NCBI GenBank assembly: GCA_048885535.1
Contig: JBHLLO010000004.1
Location: forward strand, 61,726 to 84,492
From: Candidatus Hermodarchaeota archaeon
GTDB lineage: Archaea > Asgardarchaeota > Lokiarchaeia > Sigyniarchaeales > SOKP01
DNA: 22,767 nt
Reading direction: 5' to 3'
In this document: one piece after another, positions 1 through 9,304 of the stretch
How the letters are laid out: every line of letters begins with the position of its first letter
Position numbering within the stretch: the stretch's first letter is position 1
Position numbers and translations under genes: made by a program
The notes under the pieces: generated by a model
What the model saw: the letters and a program-made list of their open reading frames with translations, nothing else
What the model was told of the DNA's origin: nothing
Databases searched by the model: none

Positions 1-647
1 TTCTTTTCAATTATCTTTCCTGTCCCATTACAAACATTACACCCTGTAGTGCGAATTATTGTACTAAAACCCTGTCTTGTCATAGTTCTAACTTGACCAG
101 CTCCTTCACAATTCGAGCAATCTTTAATACTTGAAGGATCTTCAGCTCCTGTACCTTCACACGTATCACATGGAGTATATCTCTGAATTTTAACGTCCTT
201 TTTTACTCCAAACATCGCTTCTTCGAATGTAATCTCGATATAATCTTCGATATCTTGCCCTACTTCTCTTCGAGGTCTTGTTCTAGGTCGTGCACCAGAT
301 CCAAAAAAACCGAATCCAAAATCATCATCACCAAATATGCTTCCTCCCCCAAATATCGACCTTAATATTTCATTAATTCCAGGGATTCCACCACTGAAAA
401 AATCACTCATGTCAATGTGCACTCCACTGAAACCAAATCGATCATAATTACTTCTTTTCTCAGTATCGCTTAAAACTTCATAAGCTTCTTGCAACTCAAT
501 AAATTTTTCTTTAGCTTTAGGATCCGTTTTATTTACATCAGGATGAAGTTTCCTAGCTAATTTTCGATACGCTATTTTTATATCGTTTGTACTAGCATCT
601 TTGGATACACCTAATACTTCATAATAATCACGTTTTTTAGAAGACAC
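1..647 (-). CDS. dnaJ: Molecular chaperone DnaJ (Hsp40); 3' end runs off the window start
   Basis: Absent from the ORF track; translated by hand. [16 protein letters not shown]...[14 protein letters not shown] is a J-domain with HPD. It is followed by a G/F-rich region ([18 protein letters not shown]) and CxxCxGxG repeats ([24 protein letters not shown]). GTG start at 647; an alternative in-frame GTG lies at 656 with a stop just upstream. Confidence 0.96.
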   Translation of the reverse strand, partial: MSSKKRDYYEVLGVSKDASTNDIKIAYRKLARKLHPDVNKTDPKAKEKFIELQEAYEVLSDTEKRSNYDRFGFSGVHIDMSDFFSGGIPGINEILRSIFGGGSIFGDDDFGFGFFGSGARPRTRPRREVGQDIEDYIEITFEEAMFGVKKDVKIQRYTPCDTCEGTGAEDPSSIKDCSNCEGAGQVRTMTRQGFSTIIRTTGCNVCNGTGKIIEK

Positions 648-902
648 TGCATTCACTTAATTTAAATCTGTGTTCTTTTATATTAAAACTGTCTTATATG
701 GTTACCAATTTAGTAAGTAAAATAAAATCTGAAATATATTTTTTTGGGTCATTGAAAATTAAACAAATGAAAACCAAATTTGACATTCATTTTTAGTAAG
801 TATTCGAAAAAGTAACCTATAATAATAAAGTAGTAACAATTATTAATATACTAATTTTATACATAAAAAAATAAAAAAAATCTTAATTAAGGTGTATAAC
901 TA

Positions 903-1133
903 ATGGCTTGGACTCCACCAACTAAAGCAATGGTATTTATAACCTTTCTTCTATGGGTCTTCGGGTTATTTATCATGCTCGATCAATCCACATTACTTTG
1001 GGCGCCTTCCATATTACCTGCATTTTCTTTTTTTGGATTCTCCTCTCCGCAAACTTGGATGTTAATTGCATTGATAGTTATCTTTTTGTCTTGGTTTCTT
1101 TTTTTCTTGGCGATAATAGTAAAAGGTTTATAA
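903..1133 (+). CDS. Small hypothetical membrane protein (76 aa, 2 predicted TM helices)
   Basis: ATG preceded by an AAGGTG SD-like motif; two long hydrophobic stretches; followed by a T-run. Confidence 0.7.
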   Translation: MAWTPPTKAMVFITFLLWVFGLFIMLDQSTLLWAPSILPAFSFFGFSSPQTWMLIALIVIFLSWFLFFLAIIVKGL

Positions 1134-1142
1134 TTCTATTAA

Positions 1143-1157
1143 TTTCTTTTTTTTTTT
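1143..1157 (+). terminator. Putative archaeal oligo-T terminator
   Basis: TTTC followed by T11 just after the 903..1133 stop. Oligo-T termination is the known archaeal pattern, but T-runs are common at this base composition. Confidence 0.35.
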
Positions 1158-1351
1158 ATTACGATATGATTGAATCATTTGTAATAAACTTGTTACTCTT
1201 TTGAATACCAAATAAAAGAAAACAATCTTGGATTTCTTTCTAATTAAAATAAAAAGACTTTTAGTTTAAAAAACGGTTCAATCTTCATCCAATTTACATC
1301 TTCTCCTTCCATTAGCTTCTTTCTCCAGATTTTGAGTGCTCTCTCATTTTT

Positions 1352-1558
1352 TTAAGCTTTTTTATTTCCTCTTGATTTTAATGCCTTAATTACCCATAAT
1401 ATAAGTGTTATAAGAAGCGCTAGCCCTCCAACAATCATCACAACCAAACTTACACCACGGGGTATATATTTACCATAATAGTATATCAATAGTCCGATTA
1501 TTAAAATTAATGAAAATATGACAGTAAGGATAATATACTTTTTATTATATCGCTCCAT
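1352..1558 (-). CDS. Small hypothetical membrane protein (68 aa, 2 TM helices, basic C-tail)
   Basis: Two hydrophobic helices flanked by K/R residues, fitting the positive-inside rule; lies downstream of dnaK on the same strand. Confidence 0.6.
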   Translation of the reverse strand: MERYNKKYIILTVIFSLILIIGLLIYYYGKYIPRGVSLVVMIVGGLALLITLILWVIKALKSRGNKKA

Positions 1559-1822
1559 TAAGATTTACCATAAAAATGTTATAGTCTTAATTAATCTACA
1601 AAAATATATAATTATATTCCTTGTTTTTATTACCTAATTTTTTGAGTTAAGAGTCAATTTTTTAATGTTAGATTTCAAAGATCATTATTATTTTAAATTT
1701 AATTACCTAGAATTATTTTAAACCTTAATTTATTCTGGCAAAATTAAAAAGAATTTAATTCTTTTTAATTAAATCGATTAATAAGAAAAAATTAATTAGT
1801 TATTCAGAGTAAAAGATTGGAT

Positions 1823-3817
1823 TCAATCCTCATCCCAATCCACATCTACAACTTTCTTCTTCTTATCTTCTTCTTTATCTTTCTTATATGTTGCTCCTCC
1901 TTCTCCAGTACCACCCGTTTCTTCAGGTGGGGCTTCACCCATACCCCCAGGTGGAACACCACCCATACCACTTGCGGCTCTCTGAGCTTGGTCAGCTGCT
2001 TGTTTATAAACTTGGTCCTGGGCTTGTGAAGCGTAAATTCTTTGAGAGAAACTATACATTGATTTTTGAAGATTTTCGATTCCTAACTTGATTCTATTAA
2101 CATCATCTGTTTTAATATCTTCCTCTAAAGACTTGATAGCGGCTTCAATCTCATTTTTCTCATTTTCTTGTATTTTGTCTTTATTATCTTCCATTAACTT
2201 CCGAGTTTGATATATCATTGAATCAGCATTATTCTTAACTTCAATTAACTCACGTACTTTTTTATCTGCTTCCTCAAATTTTTCAGCGTCTCGAATTTTC
2301 TGTTGAATTTCATCTTCAGTCAAACCTTTTGCTCCGGTAACTGTGATCCCAGTTTCTTTACCTGTACCTAAATCTTTAGCTGTAACATGAACTATCCCAT
2401 CTGCATCAATAGAGAATTTTACTTCTATTTGTGGTATACCTCGAGGCGCAGGAGGAATACCTGTTAAATGAAACATTCCCAATGATATGTTATCTTTTGC
2501 CATCGCTCGTTCGCCTTGTAAAACATTAATTGTAACAGCAGGTTGATTATCTGCAGCAGTACTAAAGGTCTGTTTTTTCTCTGTAGGAATGGTTGAATTT
2601 CTTTCTATTAATTTAGTAAATACACCCCCTAAAGTCTCTACTCCTAATGATAAGGGAGTGACATCCAGTAATAGTAAGTCTTCTACATCTCCAGCTATAA
2701 TCCCTCCTTGAATTGCAGCACCTATAGCAACACATTCCATTGGATCTACAGAGTGTTCTGGTTCTTGTTTAAAGAATTTCTTAAATCTTTCTTGAACAGA
2801 AGGCATTCTTGTTGGACCACCAACTAATATCACTTTATCAACGTCGTTAGGAGAAACTTTAGCATCTGAAACAGCTCTCTGCATTATAGGATCTAATCTT
2901 TTTAGAGTGGGCTCAATCAATTGCTCTAACTTAGCTCTCGTAAGTTCCATCTCTAAGTGGACTGGGTTTCCCGCTTTTTGTGTAATATAAGGTAAATTAA
3001 TTTGTGTTGATAAGGTTGTAGATAATTCTATTTTTGCTTTTTCAGCCGCATCCTTAATTCTAATCATTGCCTTATTATCTCCCTTTAAATCAATGCCTTC
3101 CTTCTTTTTAAATTCCTCAACAACCCAATCAATTATAGCGTTATCCATATCTGTTCCTCCGAGTTGAGTATCCCCCGCAGTCGAAAGAACCTCAACTACC
3201 CCCTCTCCATACTCCATAAGTGTTATATCGAATGTACCGCCTCCCAGATCGAGTACACAGATTTTTAACAATTTATTTTTTGTATCTTTATCAAGACCAT
3301 AAGCCAGGCATGCTGCAGTTGGTTCATTAATCATCCTTACTACTTCTAAGCCAGCAATTTCTCCTGCATTCTTTGTAGCTGTCCTTTGCGCATCATTAAA
3401 GTAAGCAGGGACAGTAATAACAGCTTTCTTAACCTCTTCACCTAAATAAGCACTTGCATCATTTTTGATTTTTGTAAGAATCATTGCACTTATTTCTTCA
3501 GGAGAGAATTCCTTCCACTCTTTTCCAACTTTAATTTTTGCCTTATAAGATAATCCCATCTTCCTTTTAATAGCAGTAACCGTACCATCAGGATTAGAGA
3601 CTGCCTGACGACGTGCTGGTTCTCCTACAATCTTTCTTCCGCCCTCATCAAAAGCTACATATGATGGAAAAGCTTTTCCACCTAATGTTCGACCTTCAGC
3701 AGCAGGAATAATTTCAGGTTTTCCAGTACCACCTAAGACGGCACATGCACTATTACTTGTGCCTAAGTCTATCCCGATGATCTTTTCTTTTTTCGTTGTT
3801 TTGCTTTTTTCACTCAT
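1823..3817 (-). CDS. dnaK: Molecular chaperone DnaK (Hsp70)
   Basis: Motifs [56 protein letters not shown] and [11 protein letters not shown]. Confidence 0.99.
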   Translation of the reverse strand: MSEKSKTTKKEKIIGIDLGTSNSACAVLGGTGKPEIIPAAEGRTLGGKAFPSYVAFDEGGRKIVGEPARRQAVSNPDGTVTAIKRKMGLSYKAKIKVGKEWKEFSPEEISAMILTKIKNDASAYLGEEVKKAVITVPAYFNDAQRTATKNAGEIAGLEVVRMINEPTAACLAYGLDKDTKNKLLKICVLDLGGGTFDITLMEYGEGVVEVLSTAGDTQLGGTDMDNAIIDWVVEEFKKKEGIDLKGDNKAMIRIKDAAEKAKIELSTTLSTQINLPYITQKAGNPVHLEMELTRAKLEQLIEPTLKRLDPIMQRAVSDAKVSPNDVDKVILVGGPTRMPSVQERFKKFFKQEPEHSVDPMECVAIGAAIQGGIIAGDVEDLLLLDVTPLSLGVETLGGVFTKLIERNSTIPTEKKQTFSTAADNQPAVTINVLQGERAMAKDNISLGMFHLTGIPPAPRGIPQIEVKFSIDADGIVHVTAKDLGTGKETGITVTGAKGLTEDEIQQKIRDAEKFEEADKKVRELIEVKNNADSMIYQTRKLMEDNKDKIQENEKNEIEAAIKSLEEDIKTDDVNRIKLGIENLQKSMYSFSQRIYASQAQDQVYKQAADQAQRAASGMGGVPPGGMGEAPPEETGGTGEGGATYKKDKEEDKKKKVVDVDWDED

Positions 3818-3847
3818 TATTACAATTCACTCTGTGGAAATTTTTAG

Positions 3848-3941
3848 TCATTATAATTTTATTATAAATAATTATTTTATTCTACATTATTTCCTATGAA
3901 GAATATAATTAATGGTAAAATTTTAATTTTTTTTATAATGA
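3848..3941. promoter_or_regulatory. Candidate divergent dnaK/grpE promoter with mirrored TATA-like boxes
   Basis: TCATTATAA (3848-3856) and its reverse complement TTATAATGA (3933-3941) sit in the 202-bp divergent intergenic region. Confidence 0.35.
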
Positions 3942-4019
3942 TCTATAAATCATAATTCTAAAAAAGTTTGATATAACTAATTCAAAGTAAATCTTTAGGA
4001 TTCTTAAAGGTCTGTAGAT

Positions 4020-4865
4020 ATGACAGATAAAAAGCAAAAAAAAAGCGAGAAAGAGGATAAACCCCAATTTGATAATAAAATTAAAGAAAAAAGTTCTGGA
4101 TCAGAAGAACCGAATGTAGTAAAAGAAGCAGAGACAAAATTGATTGAGGGTGAAGAACCGCGTAAATTGGAATATTTTTCTAAAGAAGAATTAATAAATA
4201 AACTAGAGGTATTAGAAAAGGACCTTAAAGAAAAAGAAAAAACTCTCAATGATTTTCAAGCGCGAGCGAATGATTGGAAAAATAAATATATGAGACTTCA
4301 AGCTGAATTTGAAAATGCACAAAAAAGATGGGATAAGAACCGTCTAAATTTAAACGTTCAATACACCACTTCAACGTTAAAAAGCTTCTTACCCCTATAT
4401 GATTCTTTTAAAAAAGCTATTGAGGGGAATAGCCCCCAAAAAGATGTATTAAAAGGCTTTTATGACCAATTTATGAATATCTTAAGATCATATAAGGCTG
4501 AACCAATTAAGGTAAAAGTAAATGATCCATTTGATTATAATTATCATGAGGCTTTAAGTTCTATAGAGAAGAAAGATGTTCCTAATAATACAATAATTGA
4601 TATTATTCAAGACGGATGGAAACTAGATAAGGAAGTAATTCGATACGCTAAAGTAATTGTAGCTCGTGAACCTAAACCCCCAGAACCCGAACCAGAGGAA
4701 AAAGAAGAATTTGAGGAAGAAGAGAAAGTAACGTTGAAAGAAAAAGAAATTGAGCCAGAATTGGAAGTAAACGAAGAAAAAGAAAAAATTAAACCAGAAG
4801 AACAAGTAAAAAATAAAGAAGATGATTCTAAAGAAACCACTAATAAAGAAAGCTCAAAAAGCTAA
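4020..4865 (+). CDS. grpE: Nucleotide exchange factor GrpE with long acidic C-terminal extension
   Basis: Coiled coil with YMRLQAEFENAQKR; motifs FLPLYDSF, FDYNYHEA and QDGWKLDKEVIRYAKVIV; adjacent to dnaK. Confidence 0.95.
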   Translation: MTDKKQKKSEKEDKPQFDNKIKEKSSGSEEPNVVKEAETKLIEGEEPRKLEYFSKEELINKLEVLEKDLKEKEKTLNDFQARANDWKNKYMRLQAEFENAQKRWDKNRLNLNVQYTTSTLKSFLPLYDSFKKAIEGNSPQKDVLKGFYDQFMNILRSYKAEPIKVKVNDPFDYNYHEALSSIEKKDVPNNTIIDIIQDGWKLDKEVIRYAKVIVAREPKPPEPEPEEKEEFEEEEKVTLKEKEIEPELEVNEEKEKIKPEEQVKNKEDDSKETTNKESSKS

Positions 4866-5022
4866 AGCAATATATATTATTTTTAGATTATAAAAAATTT
4901 ATCTGTTTTTTTGTAGTTCTTAATCAATTTTTGCAGTCTTCTTATCGGTTATAATGATAACTTATTTTTAAGCAAACTATTTTGATTAGGTTGTGTATTT
5001 TAATTCTGTTTAAGGTGAAAAA

Positions 5023-5880
5023 ATGAATAAAATTCGAAAGGTAAAATTAACTTTAAAAAGCCGTCCTACTATGGAGGGAGCAGGAGTAAGATTAAAACGA
5101 GCGTTTGGATATGCTGATTCCTCCTTAGATCCATTTTTACTCCTAGATGATTTTCATTCTGACAATCCTAATGACTATTTAGCCGGATTTCCTTGGCATC
5201 CTCATCGTGGAATAGAAACAATCACTTATATGCTTCATGGAAAAGTTGAGCATAGTGATAGTTTAGGAAATGGAGGTGTTATCGAAGCTGGGGATGTTCA
5301 ATGGATGACCGCTGGTTCTGGAATAATACACCAAGAGATGCCAAAAAAAGATAATAAAGATTCACTTCTATGGGGATTCCAACTCTGGGCAAATTTACCA
5401 GCTTCACATAAAATGATGGATCCGCGATATAGAGAAATTAAAAAAAATCAAATTCCAGAAATTGAAGTAGTAAAAGGAGTGAAAGTAAAAATAATAAGTG
5501 GAGCGATTAATGGTTCAAAAGGACCTATTCAAGATATAGTGACTGAACCAGAATATTTAGATGTCCAAATGGATGCAAATTCAATATTTAGACATCTCAT
5601 TAAAAAAGGACATAATGCAATAGCTTATGTAATAGAAGGTGAAGCCTACTTTGATGACAATGATGAAAAACTCATTAGAATTGAAAATCTTATTATTTAT
5701 CACGATGGTGATGAAGTTTTAATTAGAACTGTCGATCAAAAGGTCCGATTTCTCTTGATTTCAGGAAAACCATTGAGAGAACCTGTCGCTTGGCGTGGTC
5801 CTATCGTAATGAATACTGATGAAGAGTTAAGTATAGCATTTCAAGAATATAATAATGAGACTTTTATTAAGCATAATTGA
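5023..5880 (+). CDS. Pirin family protein (bicupin)
   Basis: Motifs DPFLLLD, GFPWHPHRGIETITY, WMTAGSGIIHQEMP, FQLWANLP and GPIVMNT; GGTGA RBS at 5014-5018. Confidence 0.96.
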   Translation: MNKIRKVKLTLKSRPTMEGAGVRLKRAFGYADSSLDPFLLLDDFHSDNPNDYLAGFPWHPHRGIETITYMLHGKVEHSDSLGNGGVIEAGDVQWMTAGSGIIHQEMPKKDNKDSLLWGFQLWANLPASHKMMDPRYREIKKNQIPEIEVVKGVKVKIISGAINGSKGPIQDIVTEPEYLDVQMDANSIFRHLIKKGHNAIAYVIEGEAYFDDNDEKLIRIENLIIYHDGDEVLIRTVDQKVRFLLISGKPLREPVAWRGPIVMNTDEELSIAFQEYNNETFIKHN

Positions 5881-5888
5881 AGAAAAGT

Positions 5889-6815
5889 CTATTCCTTATA
5901 AACTATTATAACTACATTTCCCTTTTTATGCCCCGTTTCGACATACCTGTGAGCTTCGACAATTTCTTCCCAGGAATAATGGCGATCTATAGCCGATGTT
6001 AAATTACCTGCCTCAATTAAATCTTTAATAAAGATTAAATCTTCTGTCTTTAATTTGCTTGGGGAATCCCTAATAACATTAAGATAGATTCCTCCTTTCT
6101 TTAGAGCCTTTTTGCCATGTGAACGCGAAAGCTTGGCCACTGCGTCGAAAATAACATCATAAATTTCGCCACTTAGGGTAAAATCATCTTTAGTATAATC
6201 TATTACATTGTCTGCTCCCAGAGATTTAACCAATTCTAAATTTGTGGTGCTACAAACTCCAGTGACTTCAGCTCCAAAATACTTAGCAATCTGCACCCCA
6301 AAAGTACCTACACTTCCAGAAGCTCCATAGATGAGAACTTTTTGACCTTTCTGGATATTAGCCTTTTTAAGAACAGTTAATGCTGTAATTCCCCCAGAAG
6401 CAAAACCAGCAGCGGCTACTTCAATACCTATATTTGCTGGTTTTAATGCCAATATTCTATCTTCAGGTAAATTTTTATACTCCGCATAAGCGCCAAACTT
6501 CATTTCTGTAGATCCAAAAACCTGATCGCCTTTCTTAAACCGCTTAACATCCTTTCCTATTGACTCGACTATTCCAGCGAGTTCCATCCCTAGAATAGGT
6601 CTTTTTGGTTTTTTAATCCCCATCATTAAATGCAACATGAGAGTTTGAAATTTGGAGGTTGGGTGTTTACCTCTTCGCATTATTACATCCCCTATTGTAA
6701 CTGATGTTGCATAAACTTTTATAAGGACTTCATTATCCTTAGGAGTTGGTTTTTCAACTTCCTTGAACATAAGAACTTCTGGGGCCCCATATTTTGTGTA
6801 TACAATTGCTTTCAT
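5889..6815 (-). CDS. MDR-superfamily NAD(P)-dependent oxidoreductase (quinone-oxidoreductase-like, zinc-independent)
   Basis: [10 protein letters not shown] start (ATG 6815; the ORF track uses TTG 6827), [24 protein letters not shown] and GHKKGNVV; no catalytic or structural Zn cysteines. Confidence 0.92.
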   Translation of the reverse strand: MKAIVYTKYGAPEVLMFKEVEKPTPKDNEVLIKVYATSVTIGDVIMRRGKHPTSKFQTLMLHLMMGIKKPKRPILGMELAGIVESIGKDVKRFKKGDQVFGSTEMKFGAYAEYKNLPEDRILALKPANIGIEVAAAGFASGGITALTVLKKANIQKGQKVLIYGASGSVGTFGVQIAKYFGAEVTGVCSTTNLELVKSLGADNVIDYTKDDFTLSGEIYDVIFDAVAKLSRSHGKKALKKGGIYLNVIRDSPSKLKTEDLIFIKDLIEAGNLTSAIDRHYSWEEIVEAHRYVETGHKKGNVVIIVYKE

Positions 6816-6986
6816 ATTTTTGCCCAATACATGTACATTATCTTTACAAACTATTAAATGTATAAAACAGAAATTTTGTTTTTTTTAAGCTTTTGTTTAT
6901 ATAATTTACATATATTTGAAAAGCTAAAAAGTTAATAGGTTTGCTTAATTAGACATAAATAGAAATAAATCTAAGGTATAATTAAA

Positions 6987-7235
6987 ATGGCAGAAGAACC
7001 TCAATTCCCAGAGATTCCGGATCTTGGAGAGATTGATAGAAAAGACCGATTTATCCAAAAAAAGACAACTGTTATTAAATGTAGTGAATGCAAAGCAAGA
7101 AAAGAGAGACCTTTTATTGTAGGGGATTATACGTTTAAGAAACTAGTGAATGAAGAATGCGAGAAATGTCATAGTAAAATGTTAACTATCGAAGAAATCT
7201 ATGCTGAATGGGTGGATCCTAAAAAATCTAAATAA
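6987..7235 (+). CDS. Small Zn-ribbon hypothetical protein
   Basis: CSEC...GDY.FK...CEKC, two CxxC pairs; AAGGT upstream; resembles small conserved archaeal Zn-ribbon proteins of unknown function. Confidence 0.8.
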   Translation: MAEEPQFPEIPDLGEIDRKDRFIQKKTTVIKCSECKARKERPFIVGDYTFKKLVNEECEKCHSKMLTIEEIYAEWVDPKKSK

Positions 7236-7356
7236 AATTTAGCTTTTTAGTATAAAATAGCAATAGGGATATTTATTTTGTTCCCATAATTTTGTATTTT
7301 TGCAGGCAATTTATTGACTAATCAAATAAAAATATAGATTATCAATTTAACTATTT

Positions 7357-7878
7357 ATGTTAATTGGGAAAAATATAAACTTGAGAATTATAGAAAAATC
7401 AGATTTACCTCTCATTAAAGAATGGATAAATGAACTTAATATTGATGGAGAATTTGAGCCAATAACTCAATTAAGTATGAAAGATCTAGAAAAAGAATAT
7501 GATGGTAATACTGAAGGTCAGTGGTTTTTTATAGAGAAAAAAGATAAGACTAAAATAGGATATATTGCCCATTTTCTTACCAAATCAAGTAGAACAATTG
7601 GTTATGCACTATTGTCTAACGAGAGATCTAAAGGTTACGGGTCCGAGGCTGTTCAAATGATGGTAGATTATTTATTTCTTTCAAGAAATATAGTGCGGGT
7701 TCAAGCAGAAACACATCCCGAAAATATTGCATCTCAAAGAATCTTAATAAAAGCAGGTTTTCAAAAGGAAGGAATTATTCGCAAAAGTTTCTTTAGCAGA
7801 GGAATATGGAGAGATACAGCTTTGTATAGCGTTTTAAAGGACGAATGGAAAGAACCCAAAATTATAACAAAGCTTTAG
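7357..7878 (+). CDS. GNAT N-acetyltransferase, RimJ/RimL family
   Basis: Acetyl-CoA binding motif RSKGYGSEA, N.ASQR.L.KAGFQKEG and W.D..LYS.L..EW. Confidence 0.92.
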   Translation: MLIGKNINLRIIEKSDLPLIKEWINELNIDGEFEPITQLSMKDLEKEYDGNTEGQWFFIEKKDKTKIGYIAHFLTKSSRTIGYALLSNERSKGYGSEAVQMMVDYLFLSRNIVRVQAETHPENIASQRILIKAGFQKEGIIRKSFFSRGIWRDTALYSVLKDEWKEPKIITKL

Positions 7879-7889
7879 ATTAGCTTCAG

Positions 7890-8882
7890 TTAATCGATTC
7901 CAAGTAGTTTTATTATTAGATTTGCCATAGAATAAGGATCTAGGCTTTTATCCATTACTAAGTTAATGTATTTTTCTATTTCAGAATTAGAGGAGAGTAA
8001 CTTTTCTACCTTTTTTGTTAATTTGTGTTTTAAAATTTGCAGAGTTTCATTTTTTATTCTATTTTTAGTATAACTCTCAATTATTCCTGTATCGTTTAAA
8101 AAAAGTTTGTGTTGGTTAATCATTTCAAGAAATTCATTGAAACCTTCACCTGTTTTTGAATTTACTTTGACAATTTTGGGAGTCCATCGTCTTATTTTTG
8201 AATATTCTTTGAATAAATCTTGATCATCATATTTAAAGCTGGATTCTAGTTCGAGCATTTGTGAAATCTCGGCTACTTTTCGATCTGCTCCTGGAAGATC
8301 CATTTTATTCACTACAAAAATATCGGTAATTTCCATTATTCCCGCCTTAATAGCTTGAATATCATCCCCTACTTCTGGTTGGAGTAATACAGCTACTGTT
8401 TGAGCAGATTTGAATATATCTACTTCTGATTGACCTACTCCTACAGTCTCCACGATCACTACATCAGATCCATAAACATCTAAGATTTTAATTGTATCTT
8501 CAGTAGCTCGTGCCAATCCTCCTAATTGGCCTCTATTTGCCATGCTTCTAATGAAAACATTATCCAGATTAAAATGCTCTTTCATTCTGATACGATCTCC
8601 GAGTATAGAGCCTCCTGTAAGCGGTGAGGTCGGATCAACACAAATAATCCCAATCCTCTTTCCTTGTTCAACAAAATTCTTAGTTAAAGTCGAAATAAAT
8701 GTAGATTTTCCACTTCCGGGTGATCCAGTTACCCCTAGAATGTAAGCATTTCCAGTATATTTGTATATAGAGTTAATTATTTCTTCAGCAGCAATGATAT
8801 CATTTTCTACAATCGTAATTAAGCGTGCTGCAGCCCTTGAGTCTCTATTGAGAAATTTCTCGATTAAAGTTGAATAGCTCAT
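7890..8882 (-). CDS. meaB: MeaB/ArgK family GTPase (acyl-CoA mutase chaperone)
   Basis: Motifs GVTGSPGSGKST, VDPTSP..GGSILGDRIRM, ETVGVGQSE, DDIQAIKAGIME and VNKMD; last gene of the mutase operon. Confidence 0.96.
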   Translation of the reverse strand: MSYSTLIEKFLNRDSRAAARLITIVENDIIAAEEIINSIYKYTGNAYILGVTGSPGSGKSTFISTLTKNFVEQGKRIGIICVDPTSPLTGGSILGDRIRMKEHFNLDNVFIRSMANRGQLGGLARATEDTIKILDVYGSDVVIVETVGVGQSEVDIFKSAQTVAVLLQPEVGDDIQAIKAGIMEITDIFVVNKMDLPGADRKVAEISQMLELESSFKYDDQDLFKEYSKIRRWTPKIVKVNSKTGEGFNEFLEMINQHKLFLNDTGIIESYTKNRIKNETLQILKHKLTKKVEKLLSSNSEIEKYINLVMDKSLDPYSMANLIIKLLGID

Positions 8883-8889
8883 CTATGAT

Positions 8890-9291
8890 TTATCTCTTAA
8901 GATTATTCTTCACAAATTCTACAATAGTTTTTAGTTCAGTTCCAGGTCCGTGAAAACCTTTAAGTCCATGCTTCTCTAGAAAGGGCTTATCCTCATCAGG
9001 AATTATCCCCCCTACAGCAACAAGAACATCATCTATCCCATTTTCTTTTAACTTCTCCATTATGACAGGACATAATGCATTATGAGCTCCGGATAACATA
9101 CTTAACATAACTGCATCGGGATCCTCCTGAATAACTGTATTAACAATATCATCGGGAGTTTGATGGAGTCCAGTATATATAACTTCCATCCCAGCATCTC
9201 GTAATGCTCGAGCCAACACTTTTGCTCCCCTATCATGACCATCAAGCCCAGGTTTGCATACCAAAACCTTTATTTTTCTTTTATCCGCCAT
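8890..9291 (-). CDS. Acyl-CoA mutase small (cobalamin-binding) subunit, IcmB/MCM C-terminal type
   Basis: B12-binding motif KPGLDGHDRG (DxHxxG), S.LSGAH and GGIIP. Start placed at ATG 9291 after a GAGGGA RBS; the ORF-track start at 9336 overlaps the upstream gene. Confidence 0.95.
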   Translation of the reverse strand: MADKRKIKVLVCKPGLDGHDRGAKVLARALRDAGMEVIYTGLHQTPDDIVNTVIQEDPDAVMLSMLSGAHNALCPVIMEKLKENGIDDVLVAVGGIIPDEDKPFLEKHGLKGFHGPGTELKTIVEFVKNNLKR

Positions 9292-9304
9292 TTTATATAT
9301 TCCC

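Noticed and set aside
709-802. 11-bp direct repeat TTTAGTAAGTA (709-719, 792-802) upstream of dnaJ
   Set aside because: Only two very AT-rich copies and not seen upstream of dnaK or grpE; compatible with chance.
953-1204. 83-aa alternative-frame ORF
   Set aside because: Overlaps the better-supported 903..1133 ORF, which has an RBS, and runs through the poly-T tract.
1334-1340. GAGTGCT, resembling half of a CIRCE element near dnaK/dnaJ
   Set aside because: No matching second arm at 9-bp spacing, not upstream of a chaperone gene, and no hrcA in the window.
1817-2091. ORFs 1817..2029 and 1888..2091 (+)
   Set aside because: Antisense shadows of the dnaK 3' end.
4004-4840. ORFs 4004..4249, 4607..4840 and 4623..4805 (-)
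   Set aside because: Ser/Phe-rich antisense shadows of the Glu/Lys-rich grpE.
8542-8745. 67-aa + strand ORF
   Set aside because: Antisense to meaB.
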